32,000 nt of DNA from Escherichia coli (lineage in GTDB: Bacteria > Pseudomonadota > Gammaproteobacteria > Enterobacterales > Enterobacteriaceae): the NCBI RefSeq assembly GCF_022493235.1, contig NZ_CP028741.1; one strand, written 5' to 3'. The notes under the pieces are model-generated. The model was not told the DNA's origin and searched no databases. It saw nothing but the letters and a program-made list of their open reading frames with translations. Below, in pieces: positions 30,114 to 32,000 of the stretch (positions within the stretch are counted from its first letter, which is position 1; each line of letters opens with the position of its first letter). Both the position numbers and the translations under genes were made by a program.

Positions 30114-30437
30114 TTGCGTATTCTTTTTGTCTGTTCGCTATTGTTACTTTCTGGATGCAGCCATATGGCTAACGATAGCTGGAGCGGGCAGGATAAAGCT
30201 CAACACTTTATCGCCTCGGCGATGCTTTCCGCCGCCGGAAATGAATATTCACAGCATCAGGGGATGAGCCGGGATCGCAGTGCCATGTTTGGTTTGATGT
30301 TCTCTGTCAGTTTGGGGGCGTCAAAAGAGCTTTGGGATAGCCGCCCAGAAGGGAGCGGCTGGAGCTGGAAGGATTTGGCCTGGGATGTCGCCGGTGCAAG
30401 CACCGGCTATACCGTCTGGCAACTGACCCGTCACTAA
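30114..30437 (+). CDS. yfiM: Lipoprotein YfiM (107 aa), TTG start
   Basis: A GGAGG RBS (30102-30106) lies 7 nt before the TTG. The lipobox LLLSGC is at the N-terminus and the sequence matches recalled YfiM. Confidence 0.8.
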
Positions 30438-31732
30438 AGACGCATCCCCTTCCCTTTGCGATGTAGCATCAAAGAAACCAGAAACGCCACCACGGCCAGC
30501 AAGGTCACATACCAGAAGAAGGCTGTTTCCATTCCTATTGATTTCAGCGACAACGCTACGTACTCCGCCGAACCACCAAATATAGCATTAGCGACCGCAT
30601 ATGACAGACCAACGCCTAATGCGCGAACCTGTGCCGGGAACATCTCAGCCTTCAGTATTCCACTGATTGACGTATAAAAACTCACTATCAGCAGGGCACA
30701 CATCACCAGACCAAAAGCGGCATAAGGCGAGGAAACGTTTTGCAATGCTGAGAGAATAGGAACGGTAAAAATGGCTGCCAGCGAACCGAAACATAACATT
30801 GAGGTACGGCGACCAATCTTATCCGACAGCGCGCCAATGAGTGGTTGAATAAGCATGAATACAAACAATGCGGCAGTCATAATGCCACTCGCCACGTTGG
30901 CATGCATTCCCGCAGTATTTACCAGATACTTCTGCATATAAGTGGTGAAGGTATAGAAACAAAGGGAGCCCGCAGCGGTAAAACCGAGAACCATGATGAA
31001 TGCACGGCGATTGCGCCATAATCCTTTCAGAGATCCAGCTTCTTTTAAAGCGCGCGTTTCTTGTTGCGAAGTTTCATCTAACTGACGACGTAACCACAAC
31101 GCCACAACAGCTAACACAGCTCCTAACGCGAAAGGAATACGCCATCCCCACTCTCTGAGTGCAGCGTCTTCCATGGTGTGTTGTAAAACCACGACAACCA
31201 GTAGGGCTAGCAGTTGTCCGCCAATCAACGTCACATACTGAAATGATGCGTAAAAACCTTTGCGCCCTTCAACGGCAACTTCACTCATATAGGTGGCGCT
31301 GGTGCCATATTCTCCGCCAACGGATAATCCCTGAAATAAACGCGCGAGAAGCAATAATGCCGGAGCCCACGTACCGATTGTTTCATAACCAGGCAAACAG
31401 GCGATTACCAGTGAGCCGAAACACATCATACACACCGATAACAGCATCGATTTTTTGCGACCATGTTTATCGGCTATGCGGCCAAATAGCCAACCGCCTA
31501 TTGGGCGCATCAGGAATCCCGCAGCAAAAACACCTGCTGTTTGTAGCAGTTGAGTCGTCGTGTTCCCGGAAGGGAAGAAGATGTGGGCGAAGTAGAGTGA
31601 ACAGAACGAGTAGACATAGAAATCGAACCACTCGACCAGATTACCTGAAGAGGCCCCCACAATTGCCCAAATGCGGCGACGAGTATCACTACTTGTCAGT
31701 TTGCTGTCTGCCGTTACAGTACTTTCAGCCAT
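30434..31732 (-). CDS. kgtP: Alpha-ketoglutarate:H+ symporter KgtP (MFS, 432 aa)
   Basis: The start is taken at [41 protein letters not shown]. It has the MFS motif [11 protein letters not shown] and a 12-TM-type sequence. It overlaps the yfiM stop by 4 nt (convergent). Confidence 0.93.
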
Positions 31733-31911
31733 GCCATTATATCTCCTGCCGTAATCCGATGCTTTTGTCGGTCGCTTTTGTTTATTTCTTTTGGTAAAGA
31801 AAATGTTATACATTTGTTGCGCATCATTATGCAACCTTAACTATGAATTTAGTTAGCAGGAAAATGGTTATTGAGGAGCTTAAGGATAAATTTCTGGTAA
31901 GGAGGACACGT

Positions 31912-31974
31912 ATGGAAGTAGGCAAGTTGGGGAAACCGTATCCGTTGCTGAATCTGGCATATGTGGGAGTATAA
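31912..31974 (+). CDS. Candidate 20-aa small ORF with a near-consensus Shine-Dalgarno sequence
   Basis: TAAGGAGG (31899-31906), 5 nt, then an ATG encoding MEVGKLGKPYPLLNLAYVGV*. A REP-like sequence follows immediately. There is no independent evidence of translation. Confidence 0.3.
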   Translation: MEVGKLGKPYPLLNLAYVGV

Positions 31975-32000
31975 GACGCGCAGCGTCGCATCAGGCATTT
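31975..32000. repeat. REP-like element, truncated by the window edge
   Basis: GACGCGCAGCGTCGCATCAGGCA matches the REP consensus arm (complement of GCCTGATGCGACGCTG.CGCGTC). Confidence 0.6.

Overview
Escherichia coli chromosomal backbone, with gene order as I recall it for K-12: rseB'-rseA-rpoE, nadB, trmN6/yfiC, srmB, yfiE, eamB, grcA, ung, yfiF, trxC, tapT/yfiP, patZ, pssA, yfiM, kgtP. It carries one accessory insertion of about 14.0 kb (7447-21447) that splits codon 14 of eamB with no loss of host sequence and is flanked by a duplicated CT dinucleotide. The insertion is an Ff-like filamentous (inovirus) prophage on the + strand. Its gene order is an IS110-family DEDD/serine recombinase, a KfrA-like DNA-binding protein, an AT-rich repeat/operator array, a phiX174-A/P2-A-type HUH replication initiator, small membrane proteins, a pVIII-like major coat, a pIII-like adsorption protein, and pVI-like, pI/Zot and pIV secretin genes. 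A minus-strand cargo gene for a small secreted protein is itself interrupted by an IS66-family element (18486-21189) with a perfect 8-bp target duplication. The main observation is in the 176-bp non-coding leader between the left junction and the recombinase ATG. It contains four short segments matching the host left flank, host right flank, element right end and element left end, in the sense/antisense geometry described for IS110/IS621 bridge RNAs. This suggests a bridge-RNA-guided recombinase serving as the integrase of a filamentous phage. All family assignments rest on motifs read by eye and on recalled protein sequences. No database search or RNA folding was run.
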